Source: Neptunomonas sp. (lineage in GTDB: Bacteria > Pseudomonadota > Gammaproteobacteria > Pseudomonadales > Balneatricaceae). From it: 64,000 nt of DNA. This document shows, piece after piece, positions 38,307 to 48,877 of the stretch; within the stretch, counting starts at the first letter, position 1, and every line of letters begins with the position of its first letter. The stretch lies in contig NZ_JADGEV010000013.1 of assembly GCF_016744175.1 (NCBI RefSeq), positions 25,077 through 89,076 on the forward strand, given 5' to 3'. The notes below the pieces were generated by a model that saw nothing but the letters and a program-made list of their open reading frames with translations, ran no database searches and had not been told where the DNA came from. Made by a program: the position numbers and the translations under genes.

Positions 38307-38350
38307 GCGCTCTGTCCTTTTCTGGGCAGGGCGCTTTTCTTTTTTCTTTT
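38307..38350 (+). terminator. Rho-independent terminator/attenuator between norB and norQ
   Basis: 11-bp stem gcgctctgtcc/gggcagggcgc (two G-U pairs), followed by ttttcttttttctttt. Confidence 0.7.
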
Positions 38351-38363
38351 CATGGAGTCCCTT

Positions 38364-39176
38364 ATGCACACTGCTAGCCCAGTTGAGCTGGATCTCTCTG
38401 CCAGTAATGCTCCTTTTTATCTTCCTCAGAATAACGAAGTTGAATTATTCACGCATGCTTATGAAAACCAGTTGCCGGTATTAATAAAAGGGCCGACAGG
38501 GTGTGGTAAAACACGTTTTATTAGTCATATGGCTGAGCGCTTAAACCTGCCATTGCACACGGTTTCTTGTCATGATGATTTGACTGCTTCTGACTTAGTC
38601 GGCCGTTACCTGATAGGCGATGGTATGACTCAGTGGCATGATGGCCCATTGACTCGAGCTGTTCGTGAAGGTGGAATCTGTTATTTAGATGAAGTAGTGG
38701 AAGCACGTAAAGATACCACTGTGGTTATTCATCCGTTGACGGATGATCGTCGTATTTTACCGATAGATCGTACGAATGAACTGCTGCATGCACCTAAGAA
38801 TTTTATGCTTGTGGTTTCTTATAACCCAGGTTATCAAAACCTAATGAAGGGTCTTAAGCCCAGTACACGACAACGTTTTATTTCGATGAGCTTTAACTAT
38901 TTGAAGCCCGAAGAAGAGAAACGTGTTATTGAAGCAGAAACGGGATTGGATTCGGCAAATGCGCAACGGCTTATAAATTTAGCGATTGGTTTGCGTGGTT
39001 TAAAAGATATGGACTTAGAAGAGGGCGCAAGTACGCGTCTTCTAGTATATGCAGCGACTTTAATGAAAGCAGGATTTGATCCTGTTGAAGCGTGCAGAGC
39101 AGGTTTGGTTGAATCGCTAACGGATGATGAAGATACAATTACCGCATTGATGGAAGTTGTAAAAGCTAACTTCTAA
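38364..39176 (+). CDS. norQ: MoxR/CbbQ-type AAA+ ATPase NorQ
   Basis: Walker A GPTGCGKT and Walker B CYLDE. The ATG at 38364 has GGAG 6 nt upstream. The ORF-track ATG at 38352 abuts the terminator T tract. Confidence 0.9.
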   Translation: MHTASPVELDLSASNAPFYLPQNNEVELFTHAYENQLPVLIKGPTGCGKTRFISHMAERLNLPLHTVSCHDDLTASDLVGRYLIGDGMTQWHDGPLTRAVREGGICYLDEVVEARKDTTVVIHPLTDDRRILPIDRTNELLHAPKNFMLVVSYNPGYQNLMKGLKPSTRQRFISMSFNYLKPEEEKRVIEAETGLDSANAQRLINLAIGLRGLKDMDLEEGASTRLLVYAATLMKAGFDPVEACRAGLVESLTDDEDTITALMEVVKANF

Positions 39177-39264
39177 ATGTTTGCTGGTAGCTAATTAATT
39201 GGCAGCAACTTTTTATAGCTGTTTATCATGTTGCGCTGTGAATGCAATGAATTGAGGTCGTCCG

Positions 39265-41106
39265 ATGGAAGAGCAAGTAGGTAAGTATTGGGATCGGCTG
39301 ATTAGGCGAATGGCTGATCCTGCTTGGGAACATGAAGCCGTTACGCTTGATAGCGTTCGCAAGCCACTTTCTATTTTTTTTCGTACCCTGGGTGGCGATG
39401 GTGGGTTGAGCATTCGTGCTTCTGTTCAGACAGAGTCTTCACTTAGACGACATTGGTTGCAACGTGTTGCTGGCAGCGGTAAGCGCATTTCACTCGCGTG
39501 GCGTAGTGCCGAGACGCTACATCTTCCAGATCGAATCAACTTATTCCCTGAAGCGGGCCTCAATCGTGAACTTTATTATTGGTTGGCCGCGATGGCCACA
39601 GCTCCCGCTTTTGATGAGCTTAATTGGATCGCTAGAAGCCAGCAGCAAGTTCTGTTTATTCTGCAGCGCTACCCAGGCCTTGTTGACCGCTATCATCGCT
39701 TAGTGACGGCGGCTATCGACTTGCGCCCTGATGCGAAAAAGTTGAATGCTCAAGAAGGTGCGCAAGAGCGAGATATTCAGCAGGCATTGTACTCACCTGG
39801 ATCAGTTGAGGAGTTGAGCGAGTGTCCATTAGACCCTTTGCCGGTGTTGTTGTGGTTGCACCCGGCACCTCCTCAAAGTGCTGTTGCCACTGACGTGTGC
39901 CAATCGGCAAGTCAACAAGAGCCCTCCTCACAGGGGGAGACGAAGCAGTCTGAGCAGCAGCGCAAGCGAAAGGCTAAGCGCAAGAAATCTGACAATAATA
40001 AAGGCGGTTTGCTTACGTTACGTCATGAGACTAGCTTGTTTAGTGTGGCCGAAATGGCAAATTTGGATCGTTCTGAAGATGAAGACGATGATTTGCAGGA
40101 CGCCGAAAATAATGCGAACGAGATGGATGAACTCACCATTACTCGTGATAATGATACCACCGCAAAACGTGTTCGATTTGACTTGGACTTGCCCTCCGCT
40201 GAAGAGGAGGAGGTTATTATAAGTGAGGGGCATTTGTTGCCTGAGTGGGATTACAGAAAGCAAGTATTAGTAAAAGACCATTGTAGCCTTTTGACTATCC
40301 AGGCAGGAGTAACGGATGAGGGTGAATTGCCAGAAAGGCTTAGGCCTGCAGCACGGCGATTGCGTCGTCAATTTTTGGCGCTCCGGCCTCAGTCTACTTG
40401 GGTCAAGCATCAAGAAGAAGGTAGTGAGCTAGATCTTGAGGCTTACCTTAAATTTCGCGGTCAGCGTGCTGCAGGGCAGCAAGTAGAAGAGCCCCGTTTA
40501 TATTCGGCGTTAGAGAAAAAGGATAGAGATCTGGCCTGCCTATTATTAGCAGATTTGTCGCTGTCCACTGATGCTTGGGTGGGAGATCAGGGAAGGGTTA
40601 TCGATATTATCCGAGATAGCTTGTATCTATTTAGTGAGGCCTTGCAACAAACAGGTGATCAGTTTTCAATCTGCGGTTTTTCTTCTCGTTATCGTAACCA
40701 TATTCGTTTTCATATGCTTAAAGGTTTCAATCAAGCTTATGGTAAACAGGCCCGCCAACAAATTGAAGCCATTAAACCCGGTTATTATACGCGTATGGGG
40801 GCGGCAATACGTCGTTCAACAGAGTTGCTGAATCTTCAACCACAAAAGCAGAAACTTCTATTGATTTTGACTGACGGCAAGCCGAATGATCTGGACTATT
40901 ATGAAGGACGCTATGGTATTGAAGATACACGTATGGCAATTATTGAAGCGCGTAAGGCCGGTCTTATCCCTTTCTGTATAACCATAGATGAAGAGGCTGA
41001 AGATTATTTGCCTTACCTGTTTGGTCGCGGTCATTACACGCTAATTAGAAGGGCAGCAGAACTGCCTGCTAAGCTACCGCAGTTGTATGCACGCCTTACA
41101 TCTTAA
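39265..41106 (+). CDS. norD: von Willebrand factor A protein NorD
   Basis: 613 aa with a C-terminal VWA domain (LLLADLSLST MIDAS-like, LLLILTDGKPND), an acidic central region and the conserved norQ-norD pairing. Confidence 0.9.
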   Translation: MEEQVGKYWDRLIRRMADPAWEHEAVTLDSVRKPLSIFFRTLGGDGGLSIRASVQTESSLRRHWLQRVAGSGKRISLAWRSAETLHLPDRINLFPEAGLNRELYYWLAAMATAPAFDELNWIARSQQQVLFILQRYPGLVDRYHRLVTAAIDLRPDAKKLNAQEGAQERDIQQALYSPGSVEELSECPLDPLPVLLWLHPAPPQSAVATDVCQSASQQEPSSQGETKQSEQQRKRKAKRKKSDNNKGGLLTLRHETSLFSVAEMANLDRSEDEDDDLQDAENNANEMDELTITRDNDTTAKRVRFDLDLPSAEEEEVIISEGHLLPEWDYRKQVLVKDHCSLLTIQAGVTDEGELPERLRPAARRLRRQFLALRPQSTWVKHQEEGSELDLEAYLKFRGQRAAGQQVEEPRLYSALEKKDRDLACLLLADLSLSTDAWVGDQGRVIDIIRDSLYLFSEALQQTGDQFSICGFSSRYRNHIRFHMLKGFNQAYGKQARQQIEAIKPGYYTRMGAAIRRSTELLNLQPQKQKLLLILTDGKPNDLDYYEGRYGIEDTRMAIIEARKAGLIPFCITIDEEAEDYLPYLFGRGHYTLIRRAAELPAKLPQLYARLTS

Positions 41107-41108
41107 AG

Positions 41109-42287
41109 CTATTTGAGTTGAATCGGTGATAGTAGGGTGGTCCCTTCTGATAATCGCTTGATAGCCCAGTCAATGTGTTCTGTTACCATTGGCGAGCAGT
41201 GTGGTCGTTTGGCTTGTAAGGCTTTGATTATACCCTCTCCTCCTCCGCTATTGCCTAATGCAACCGCAATATTACGTAACCATCCGTCGTAACCTGTGCG
41301 ACGAATGGCAGAGCCTTCAGTGCGCTTTAAAAAGACAGCCTCATCCCAATTGAACAGATCAACCAAGGAAGCATCATCCAGTTGATGACGTGGAAGAAAG
41401 TCTGGCTCTGCAGTATGTTTGGCAAAACGATTCCATGGGCAGACTAGCTGGCAGTCGTCGCATCCAAAAATACGGTTGCCCATTAGTGGCCGTAGTTCTT
41501 CAGGAATAGCGCCTTTTTTCTCGATTGTTAGATAGGAAATACATCGGGTGGCGTTCAGTTTATATGGGCCAATAAAAGCGTTAGTCGGACATATATCCAA
41601 ACAAGCAGTACAAGAACCACAGTGTTGTTTTTCTATAGGGGTGTCCGTTGGAAGTGGTAAGTCGATAAATAGCTCGCCAAGAAAAAACCACGAGCCAGCA
41701 TGTCTATTCAAAATGAGAGTATGTTTTCCTGTCCAGCCAATACCTGCTTGCTGTGCAATAGGGCGCTCCATTATAGGGGCACTGTCGACAAAGGCTCGGT
41801 AACCCATTTTGCCTATGGTGTCTTCAATTCGTTTTCCAAGTTGTGTTAGGCGTTTACGCATCATTTTGTGATAGTCCCTGCCTAGCGTATAGCGTGCGAT
41901 ATATGCTTTTTCAGGGGATTTGAGTACTTTTAGTGAAGAAAAAGCGGGTGGGGTATAGTCCATGCGTACGCTAATAATGCGACAGCTTCCAGGGACAAGT
42001 AAATATGGATCACGGCGTTTATCGGTATTTGCAGCAAGGTAGCTCATCTCTCCGTGATACTGTTTTCCTAACCATTCGTGTAGTTTGTCGGCATCTTCTT
42101 TAAGGTCGGGGTCAACAATGCCACATTCTTGAAAGCCTGCATCTGCGGCCCAAAGGTGGATTTGTGTTGCTAACTCAGCCAGTTTTTCATGAGGAATGTT
42201 TTGGTAATCTGGCGCTACCGGCTGAATAGGTGTTGATGAAATAGAATCGGTCACGATCAATACTTGCCTGTTAAACTGTTGCTTCAA
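41109..42287 (-). CDS. queG: epoxyqueuosine reductase
   Basis: Two ferredoxin-type clusters (CGSCTACLDICP, CDDCQLVCPWN) and HEAT-like C-terminal repeats. Divergent from nnr, as in E. coli yjeS/yjeF. Confidence 0.92.
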   Translation of the reverse strand: MKQQFNRQVLIVTDSISSTPIQPVAPDYQNIPHEKLAELATQIHLWAADAGFQECGIVDPDLKEDADKLHEWLGKQYHGEMSYLAANTDKRRDPYLLVPGSCRIISVRMDYTPPAFSSLKVLKSPEKAYIARYTLGRDYHKMMRKRLTQLGKRIEDTIGKMGYRAFVDSAPIMERPIAQQAGIGWTGKHTLILNRHAGSWFFLGELFIDLPLPTDTPIEKQHCGSCTACLDICPTNAFIGPYKLNATRCISYLTIEKKGAIPEELRPLMGNRIFGCDDCQLVCPWNRFAKHTAEPDFLPRHQLDDASLVDLFNWDEAVFLKRTEGSAIRRTGYDGWLRNIAVALGNSGGGEGIIKALQAKRPHCSPMVTEHIDWAIKRLSEGTTLLSPIQLK

Positions 42288-42329
42288 CTATAATGAAATG
42301 AGTCACCAAGTGTTTGGAAGCGTAAGGTT

Positions 42330-43835
42330 ATGAAAGAGCTACCCAGTACATTATACACAGCTGAGCAAACTCGTTTACTGGATAAAACAGCTATTGACGA
42401 AGGAGGTATACCAGGCTTTACGTTAATGAAGCGTGCCGGGCGTGCAGTTTTTTTTGAAATTCAAAAATGCTGGCCAGATATTAAAAGCCTTACGGTGCTA
42501 TGCGGGGGAGGAAATAACGGTGGAGATGGCTTTGTCGTAGCGGCTTTGGCGCGCCAGAAAGGCTTTTCAGTGCAGGCGTTCTACGTTGGAGGGGATGATT
42601 TTGCCTGCGAGCTTAGAGGAGAGGCCAGAGAAGCATGGTTATGGGCGAGCAGTGAGGGTGTTAAATTTGATGTATTTAAAGATGATCAACCATTTGAAGG
42701 CGATGTAATCGTTGATGCGCTGCTTGGAACCGGCTTGGTTGGTCATGTGCGAGGGGTATTTCATCTAGCTATTAATAAAATAAACCGCCATGTATCGCCT
42801 GTCATTGCTGTGGATATACCTTCAGGACTTTGCGCAGATACCGGGCAGGTTTTAGGGTGTGCTGTTAAAGCGGATGTCACCGTTACTTTTATTGGCTTAA
42901 AACTAGGGCTTTTCATGCATCAGGCGGTTGAGCATGTAGGCGTGTTATCGTTTGATGGTTTGCATATACCTGAGTCAGTGTATGAGCAGGTTTCTGTCAG
43001 CGCTTTTCGCGTGGGGGCTGATGATATAGCTGAGTGTTTGCCTGCGCGATCAAGGTTGGCTCATAAAGGCATGTGTGGTCACGTGCTCGTTATTGGCGGT
43101 GATCAAGGTATGGGAGGTGCGGCTATCATGGCAGCAGAAGCTGCATTGTACAGCGGTGCAGGAAAAGTCACGTTAGCCACAAGGGGTGAGCATCTAACTG
43201 CAGCATTATGCCGATGCCCTGAAATCATGGTGCGTGCTGTTGAGTCAGGGGTTGAGTTGTTGCCTTTGCTTGAACAGGCTGATGTCATTGTATTTGGCCC
43301 TGGGATTGGGCAGCAAGCGTGGGCAGAGCAAATGCTTCAAGTAGTTTGGAAAACAAACTTACCCGCTGTTATTGATGCGGATGGTTTAAATATTTTGTTA
43401 AAGAAAGACAGATTTAACCAGCTATCGAGGAAAAATTGGATTTTAACACCCCACCCTGGCGAAGCTGCTCGATTGCTTGAGTCTGAAGTTTCATTGTTAC
43501 AAAAAGACCGTATTAGTAGTGCCATGGAGCTACAAACAGCAGCGGGCGGTACTGTTGTGCTAAAAGGTGCAGGTTCATTAATCACCGATGGTGATGTGAT
43601 GCATTTGTGCAGTGCTGGAAACCCCGGAATGGCATCGGGAGGAATGGGAGATGTATTGTCGGGTATTATTGGCGGATTATTAGCTCAAAAGCTAAGTCCG
43701 GTTGATGCCGCTAGAGTTGGCGTATATGCTCATTCTGCTGCTGCAGATTTATGCGTGCAGACAAGTGGAGAGCGGGGCTTGAAAGCAACAGACCTTTTCC
43801 CTTATGTTAGATTGATTTTAAACGGAAAAATGTAG
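42330..43835 (+). CDS. nnr: bifunctional NAD(P)H-hydrate epimerase / ADP-dependent dehydratase
   Basis: 501 aa with an N-terminal YjeF_N domain (GGGNNGGDG) and a C-terminal carbohydrate-kinase domain (GMASGGMGDVLSG). Confidence 0.93.
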   Translation: MKELPSTLYTAEQTRLLDKTAIDEGGIPGFTLMKRAGRAVFFEIQKCWPDIKSLTVLCGGGNNGGDGFVVAALARQKGFSVQAFYVGGDDFACELRGEAREAWLWASSEGVKFDVFKDDQPFEGDVIVDALLGTGLVGHVRGVFHLAINKINRHVSPVIAVDIPSGLCADTGQVLGCAVKADVTVTFIGLKLGLFMHQAVEHVGVLSFDGLHIPESVYEQVSVSAFRVGADDIAECLPARSRLAHKGMCGHVLVIGGDQGMGGAAIMAAEAALYSGAGKVTLATRGEHLTAALCRCPEIMVRAVESGVELLPLLEQADVIVFGPGIGQQAWAEQMLQVVWKTNLPAVIDADGLNILLKKDRFNQLSRKNWILTPHPGEAARLLESEVSLLQKDRISSAMELQTAAGGTVVLKGAGSLITDGDVMHLCSAGNPGMASGGMGDVLSGIIGGLLAQKLSPVDAARVGVYAHSAAADLCVQTSGERGLKATDLFPYVRLILNGKM

Positions 43836-43840
43836 ATTAA

Positions 43841-44323
43841 ATGCAACAAAAAATTTTTGCAAAAGATGAAGCTGCGATGGAGCAGTTTGGTGCTGAGTTA
43901 TTACTCGCAATGCAACACCAGGGTGTGATCAATCTTGTCGGTGATCTAGGCATGGGAAAAACAACATTAAGTCGTGGGGTTATTCGTGCTGCCGGCCACC
44001 AAGGTACGGTTAAAAGCCCGACCTATACGCTTGTTGAGCCTTATGAGCAGGATTGCGGCACTATTTATCACTTTGATTTGTATCGTTTGATTGATCCTGA
44101 AGAGCTGGAATATATGGGTATTCGGGACTACTTTACAGATACTTCGTTATGCTTGATTGAATGGCCGGATAAAGGCCAAGGCTTACTGCCAGAAGCTGAT
44201 TTGGAGGTGTTTTTAGATGTCTCTGGAGAGGGGCGTTCTATTAGCTGGAAAGCTAAAACTCAAAAAGGTAAGGCTGCAGCCGATAACTTATCTCAACAGC
44301 TTGATAATCAAGCGTTAAACTAA
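43841..44323 (+). CDS. tsaE: tRNA t6A37 biosynthesis ATPase TsaE
   Basis: GDLGMGKTTLSRG P-loop, SPTYTLV, HFDLYRL. Confidence 0.93.
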   Translation: MQQKIFAKDEAAMEQFGAELLLAMQHQGVINLVGDLGMGKTTLSRGVIRAAGHQGTVKSPTYTLVEPYEQDCGTIYHFDLYRLIDPEELEYMGIRDYFTDTSLCLIEWPDKGQGLLPEADLEVFLDVSGEGRSISWKAKTQKGKAAADNLSQQLDNQALN

Positions 44324-44361
44324 TCACTGAACTAATTACACAGAGCGTCGACTAACCTGAC

Positions 44362-45708
44362 ATGATGATTTTTTTGATTAAAAACATAGTACGCACTTCA
44401 ATACTGCTAAGTTGCGTACTGACGGTGGGCATGGCCTATGCCGCCGATATCAAAAATGTTCGCATGTGGCTGGCGCCAGATAACACTCGTTTGGTCTTCG
44501 ATTTAAGTGGGCCAGTGACGCATAAAATTTTCACGTTAAACAAGCCAGATCGCTTGGTGCTAGACATTAACAACGCCGCTGTTAAAACCCGCCTGTCTAA
44601 GCTCAACCTTAAAGGAAGCCCTATCAAGCAGGTTCGCACCAGCACGAAGGGTAAGAACTTACGTGTGGTTTTGGATCTCAATAAAAGTATTCGTCCTAGA
44701 AGTTTTGACTTAAAACCGAACGACCAGTATGGGCATCGTTTAGTACTAGATCTATTTAATACTGAAAAAGAAACAGTGGTTAAGACCGCTACTCCACGTG
44801 ACCAAAAGGGTAAGTTGCGTGATATCGTCATTGCGATAGATGCAGGACACGGTGGTGAAGATCCTGGAGCAATTGGTGCTGGCCGTGTACGTGAAAAAGA
44901 TGTGGTTTTGGGTATATCTAAAGAAGTTAAGCGACTGATTGATAAAGAAAAAGGATTTAAAGCAGAGTTGATTCGTTCGGGCGATTATTACATTAGTTTG
45001 CGTGGTCGTACTAAAAAGGCGCGTACCAAAAATGCTGACTTATTTGTTTCTATTCATGCTGATGCCTTTAAAGATTCTAGAGCACGCGGCGCTTCAGTAT
45101 GGGTGTTGTCTAGTAGAGGCGCGACCAGTGAAGTGGGTCGTTGGCTCGCACGCAAAGAGAACAGTGCCGATTTGATTGGGGGCGTTGGTAGTGTCAGCCT
45201 TGAAGATAAAGATGATGTGTTGGCGGGTGTTTTATTAGATATGTCGATGACGGCGAGTCGATCTGATAGCTTGCAAATCGCTAGCAAGATTCATCGTAAC
45301 GTTGATAAATTTGCTAAAATGCATAAATCTCGGGTAGAAAGTGCTGGTTTTATGGTGCTGAAATCTCCTGATATACCATCAATTTTGGTAGAAACAGGTT
45401 TTATTTCAAATCCAGAAGAAGCTCGTCTGCTTAAAACAAAAGCTTACCAGCGCAAAATGGCCAAAGCGATTTATGCAGGGATTAAGTCCCACTTTTGGAA
45501 TAAACCCCCTGCTTACACTTATATTGCTTATAAAAAAAATGATGGCTATAAACAGTCAGGGCAGCGTCGTTATCAGGTAGTTAGTGGTGATACACTATCG
45601 GTGATTGCATCGCGCCATGGTGTTAAATTGAACGTGTTACGTAAAACCAATGATATCAAAGGTGATAAAATTCGTATTGGTCAGGTTTTGCGTATTCCCA
45701 CCAGTTAA
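44362..45708 (+). CDS. amiB: N-acetylmuramoyl-L-alanine amidase with AMIN and C-terminal LysM domains
   Basis: Amidase_3 motifs (IDAGHGGEDPGA, SIHADA, LVETGFISN), C-terminal LysM (YQVVSGDTLSVIASRHGV) and the tsaE-amiB-mutL order. Confidence 0.92.
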   Translation: MMIFLIKNIVRTSILLSCVLTVGMAYAADIKNVRMWLAPDNTRLVFDLSGPVTHKIFTLNKPDRLVLDINNAAVKTRLSKLNLKGSPIKQVRTSTKGKNLRVVLDLNKSIRPRSFDLKPNDQYGHRLVLDLFNTEKETVVKTATPRDQKGKLRDIVIAIDAGHGGEDPGAIGAGRVREKDVVLGISKEVKRLIDKEKGFKAELIRSGDYYISLRGRTKKARTKNADLFVSIHADAFKDSRARGASVWVLSSRGATSEVGRWLARKENSADLIGGVGSVSLEDKDDVLAGVLLDMSMTASRSDSLQIASKIHRNVDKFAKMHKSRVESAGFMVLKSPDIPSILVETGFISNPEEARLLKTKAYQRKMAKAIYAGIKSHFWNKPPAYTYIAYKKNDGYKQSGQRRYQVVSGDTLSVIASRHGVKLNVLRKTNDIKGDKIRIGQVLRIPTS

Positions 45709-45747
45709 TCTTTTCGAGTTTCAATTCGACTATTATTTAGAGTTTTC

Positions 45748-47577
45748 ATGTCACAAATTCATTTATTGTCTCCTCGCCTAGCGAACCAAATTGCGGCCGG
45801 TGAAGTGGTTGAGCGGCCTGCTTCTGTTGTTAAAGAGTTACTGGAAAACAGTTTGGATGCTGGTGCTACTCGCTTGGAAGTGGATGTAGAGCAAGCGGGT
45901 ATAAAATTGATTCGTATCCGTGATGACGGTGATGGCATTGAAAAAGATGATCTTCCATTGGCATTAAGTCGTCATGCAACCTCTAAAATTTATGAACTTG
46001 AAGATTTAGAAGCGGTGGCCAGCCTGGGCTTTCGTGGAGAGGCGCTGGCGAGTATTAGTTCGGTGTCTCGTTTGACGTTAACCTCACGTCGGATTGATAG
46101 TGAATATGCTTGGCAGGTGCAGACTGAAGGGCGAGATATGTCGGCGCAGTTGTCGCCCGCAGCGCACCCGCAGGGTACTACGGTTGAAATGCGCGATCTG
46201 TTCTTTAATACACCGGCGCGCCGTAAATTTTTAAAAACGGAAAACACAGAGTTTAAACACCTCGAAGAAGTGGTGAAGCGTTTGGCGTTGAGCCGTTTTG
46301 ATGTTGCTTTTCAATTGAAACACAATGGCCGCGTTATCCACCAGTTAAAGCCTGCCAGTGTTAAAGCAGAGCAAGAACGCCGTGTTGCTTCGGTTTGTGG
46401 GCCTGCATTTGTTGATCAGTCGTTGCACGTTGATATGAACGCGGAAGCTTCTGGCTTAAGCCTTCGAGGCTGGATCGGACTGCCGACATTTTCTCGTAGT
46501 CAGGCTGATTTGCAGTACTTTTTTGTCAATGGGCGGATGATTAGAGACAAATTAGTCACACATGCGGTTCGACAAGCCTATGCTGATGTACTTTTTCATG
46601 GCCGCCACCCCGCTTATGTTCTTTATTTGGAGCTGGATCCCGCCTTGGTTGATGTGAATGTACATCCGACTAAGCACGAAGTTCGTTTTCGTGAAGGCAG
46701 GCTGGTCCATGATTTTATATTTAGGTCCATCCATCGAGTGATTGGCGAAATTCGCCCTGATGCTTCCAGTGTGCCTGCTCTACAGGAATTAACAGCAGTA
46801 GAAGCAACAGCTGAACAAAAATTTGATCAGCAATATATGCCGCTGCACCAGCCGCGTGAGATATCCGGTGTGAATGAGCAAGTAGCCTCTTACGGGCAGC
46901 TGCATCAGAATCGTACTTTTTCACAACCTTCATCAGGTGGTTTTTCTACGAGTCCGTCAGTGATGCCGTTTGAATCTGATGAAATGGCTGAGATTCCGCC
47001 GCTGGGATATGCCGTAGCGCAACTGCATGGAATTTACGTTCTGTCTCAAAATAAAGAAGGCTTGGTGCTAGTGGATATGCATGCAGCCCACGAGCGTATT
47101 GTCTATGAACGCTTAAAGCTAGCTTGTGAAGCAGAGGGCGTGAGAAGCCAGCCATTACTAGTGCCTGTCAGTGTGGCGCTGAGTGTTCGTGAGGCAGATG
47201 CATCGGAAGAGTTTAATGAACTGTTTGAAAAGCTAGGGTTTGAACTCGCACGTATGGGCGAAGAGACAGTGGTAATTCGACAGGTGCCTGTCACTTTGGC
47301 TAAGGCCAACGTAGAGCAGTTACTACGTGATGTATTATCTGACATGATGATGTTTGGTAGCAGTCGACGTTTAGAAGAGCATATGAATGAGTTATTAGGC
47401 ACGATGGCTTGTCATGGAGCTGTTCGTGCTAACCGTCAGCTGACTATTCCTGAAATGAATAGCCTACTACGAGATATGGAAGCAACAGAGCGCAGTGGGC
47501 AATGCAATCACGGTCGCCCAACGTGGACTCAGTTGAGTCTGTCCGAACTAGACAAATTGTTTATGAGGGGGCAGTAA
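45748..47577 (+). CDS. mutL: DNA mismatch repair protein MutL
   Basis: GHKL ATPase N-terminus ([29 protein letters not shown]) and a C-terminal dimerisation domain. Confidence 0.96.
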   Translation: MSQIHLLSPRLANQIAAGEVVERPASVVKELLENSLDAGATRLEVDVEQAGIKLIRIRDDGDGIEKDDLPLALSRHATSKIYELEDLEAVASLGFRGEALASISSVSRLTLTSRRIDSEYAWQVQTEGRDMSAQLSPAAHPQGTTVEMRDLFFNTPARRKFLKTENTEFKHLEEVVKRLALSRFDVAFQLKHNGRVIHQLKPASVKAEQERRVASVCGPAFVDQSLHVDMNAEASGLSLRGWIGLPTFSRSQADLQYFFVNGRMIRDKLVTHAVRQAYADVLFHGRHPAYVLYLELDPALVDVNVHPTKHEVRFREGRLVHDFIFRSIHRVIGEIRPDASSVPALQELTAVEATAEQKFDQQYMPLHQPREISGVNEQVASYGQLHQNRTFSQPSSGGFSTSPSVMPFESDEMAEIPPLGYAVAQLHGIYVLSQNKEGLVLVDMHAAHERIVYERLKLACEAEGVRSQPLLVPVSVALSVREADASEEFNELFEKLGFELARMGEETVVIRQVPVTLAKANVEQLLRDVLSDMMMFGSSRRLEEHMNELLGTMACHGAVRANRQLTIPEMNSLLRDMEATERSGQCNHGRPTWTQLSLSELDKLFMRGQ

Positions 47578-48518
47578 TGGTTACTAATAAATTGCCTCCA
47601 GCAATTTTTTTGATGGGGCCTACGGCTGCAGGAAAGACGGATCTAGCTATGCGCCTTACTGAAGAGCTTCCTTGCGATATTATTAGTGTCGACTCTGCAT
47701 TGGTCTATAAGGGTATGGATATTGGTACGGCGAAACCCGATGCGAAGATGTTGAAACAATACCCTCATCGTTTAGTCGATATTATAGATCCGGCACAAAG
47801 TTACTCGGCAGCAGAGTTCAGAGCAGATGCGTTGCGTGAAATGGCGGCAATTACGGCGAAGGGTCGTATTCCGTTGTTGGTAGGCGGTACCATGATGTAT
47901 TACAACGCTCTTTTGAAAGGGCTGGCCTCTTTGCCTGAAGCTGATCCGCATATACGCCAGCAGTTGTTGGAGAAAGGTGAGCGTGAAGGTTGGCCTGCAT
48001 TGCATGAGCAGTTATCCAAAATTGATCCAGAATCTGCCAAGCGTTTAGCGCCAAATGATTCTCAGCGGTTGCAGCGAGCTCTAGAGGTATATCAGTTGAC
48101 CGGACGAACCTTGACGCAGTTATGGGCTGAGCAAGAAAGGCAGCGTTTTCCATATGAAGTGCAGAATATAGCAGTTATGCCTGAGGAGCGTAAAACTTTA
48201 CATGAACGAATTGCGCTGCGTTATAAATTAATGCTGAAGGAAGGTTTTGTTGAAGAAGTAAACGTATTGTATCAGCGCGGTGACCTTCATGCGCAAATGC
48301 CATCTGTACGCTGTGTTGGCTACCGTCAGGTGTGGTCGTACCTTGATGGCGAGTATGATCATGACACAATGATCGAAAAGGGTATTATAGCGACGCGCCA
48401 ATTGGCGAAAAGGCAGATAACATGGCTAAGAAGCTGGGAAAATTTACACTGGCTGAAGAGCGAAGATAAAGATATTCTCAATCACAGCTTGAAATTATTT
48501 GATTCAGCCATTATATAA
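47577..48518 (+). CDS. miaA: tRNA dimethylallyltransferase
   Basis: P-loop GPTAAGKT after [18 protein letters not shown] overlap with the mutL stop. The ORF-track start at 47502 lies inside mutL. Confidence 0.95.
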   Translation: MVTNKLPPAIFLMGPTAAGKTDLAMRLTEELPCDIISVDSALVYKGMDIGTAKPDAKMLKQYPHRLVDIIDPAQSYSAAEFRADALREMAAITAKGRIPLLVGGTMMYYNALLKGLASLPEADPHIRQQLLEKGEREGWPALHEQLSKIDPESAKRLAPNDSQRLQRALEVYQLTGRTLTQLWAEQERQRFPYEVQNIAVMPEERKTLHERIALRYKLMLKEGFVEEVNVLYQRGDLHAQMPSVRCVGYRQVWSYLDGEYDHDTMIEKGIIATRQLAKRQITWLRSWENLHWLKSEDKDILNHSLKLFDSAII

Positions 48519-48589
48519 TGCTGTAGTTATACGGTTTTGGTGCTGTGCACAAAAAAGGCTTTGTTATCATTTTTAGATAAATGGCCTAA

Positions 48590-48865
<276 letters not shown>

Positions 48866-48877
48866 GGTATAAACTGA

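Noticed and set aside
44436-44831. A 131-aa ORF runs antisense to amiB. Similar antisense or overlapping ORFs occur at 16745-17068, 25395-25736, 39878-40222, 47103-47402 and 52942-53271.
   Set aside because: All lie entirely within confidently identified genes on the other strand or in another frame. They have low-complexity or Ser/Arg/Leu-rich composition and no recognisable motifs. They are shadow ORFs.
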